From Candidatus Nealsonbacteria bacterium (GTDB taxonomy: Bacteria > Patescibacteriota > Minisyncoccia > Minisyncoccales > PWPS01), in assembly GCA_003551425.1 (NCBI GenBank), contig PUMP01000048.1:2825-66824 (forward strand): 64,000 nucleotides of DNA, given 5' to 3'. The position numbers were made by a program, and so were the translations under genes. The notes beneath the pieces are model-generated. The model was not told where the DNA came from and did no database searches. It worked only from the letters and a program-made list of their open reading frames with translations. This document shows, piece after piece, positions 63,673 through 64,000 of the stretch; within the stretch, counting starts at the first letter, position 1; each line of letters begins with the position of its first letter.

Positions 63673-64000
63673 ATGAGCAGTTTACTGAAAGACATAAAAA
63701 AACAGATCAAGGCAGAGTGCAAGAGAAGTGGTGTGAGAAAAGATATTATGAAAAGAATTCTTTGCGTGGATCGTTTACTTGAATTTACGATTTTTTTGAA
63801 AGGAAATATTTTTAAAGCTTACCGCTCTCAACATAATAATGTTTTGGGACCCTATAAAGGAGGGGTCCGTTTTTGTAAAGATGTTGCGCGTGATGAAGTA
63901 AAGGCTCTTTCCATGATGATGACCTTAAAATGTGCTCTTTTGAACATTCCTTTCGGAGGGGCAAAAGGTGGTGTTGCTGTTAACCCTGAAAAACTTTCTT
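63673..64000 (+). CDS. gdhA: Glu/Leu/Phe/Val dehydrogenase (glutamate dehydrogenase), 5' part
   Basis: YRSQHNNVLGPYKGGVRF, MTLKCA, PFGGAKGG; runs off the window end. Confidence 0.9.
   Translation, partial: MSSLLKDIKKQIKAECKRSGVRKDIMKRILCVDRLLEFTIFLKGNIFKAYRSQHNNVLGPYKGGVRFCKDVARDEVKALSMMMTLKCALLNIPFGGAKGGVAVNPEKLS

Overview
A gene-dense, AT-rich bacterial chromosome segment using the standard genetic code. Gene content and style point to Patescibacteria/CPR (Parcubacteria-like); this is an inference from SD-less A-rich leaders, alpha2-type GlyRS, a membrane-anchored Clp ATPase, a reduced mraZ-rsmH-ftsL-ftsI cluster with a degenerate Mur ligase, and no complete biosynthetic pathways. Most genes are housekeeping (rarA, ddl, glyQS, def, rplJ/L/U, recR, dnaB, cysS, dnaX, nfo, pyrH), with three tRNAs (Val-CAC, Glu-CTC, Gln-TTG). 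A small defence-like island follows tRNA-Gln: an McrB-N/NucS-type nuclease fusion and a MazG-like + DUF2075 nuclease-helicase pair, with an OLD nuclease nearby. The strongest unexplained signal is a recurring leader motif, AAAGGTCG, before seven SD-less genes (HU, Hsp20, several extremely acidic proteins). It lies 21-29 nt before the start codon in six of them and 5-11 nt after a -10 box in six, so it is a candidate lineage-specific translation or expression element. Also notable: a glycine T-box riboswitch with a miniature non-canonical 5' domain before glyQS; a decayed maf copy behind an antiporter-methyltransferase fusion; three single-base lesions (mltG, a MazG-like gene, the MazG/DUF2075 junction); and CCGG enrichment in a core gene but not in an island gene. 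All calls come from reading the sequence by eye; no database searches were run.
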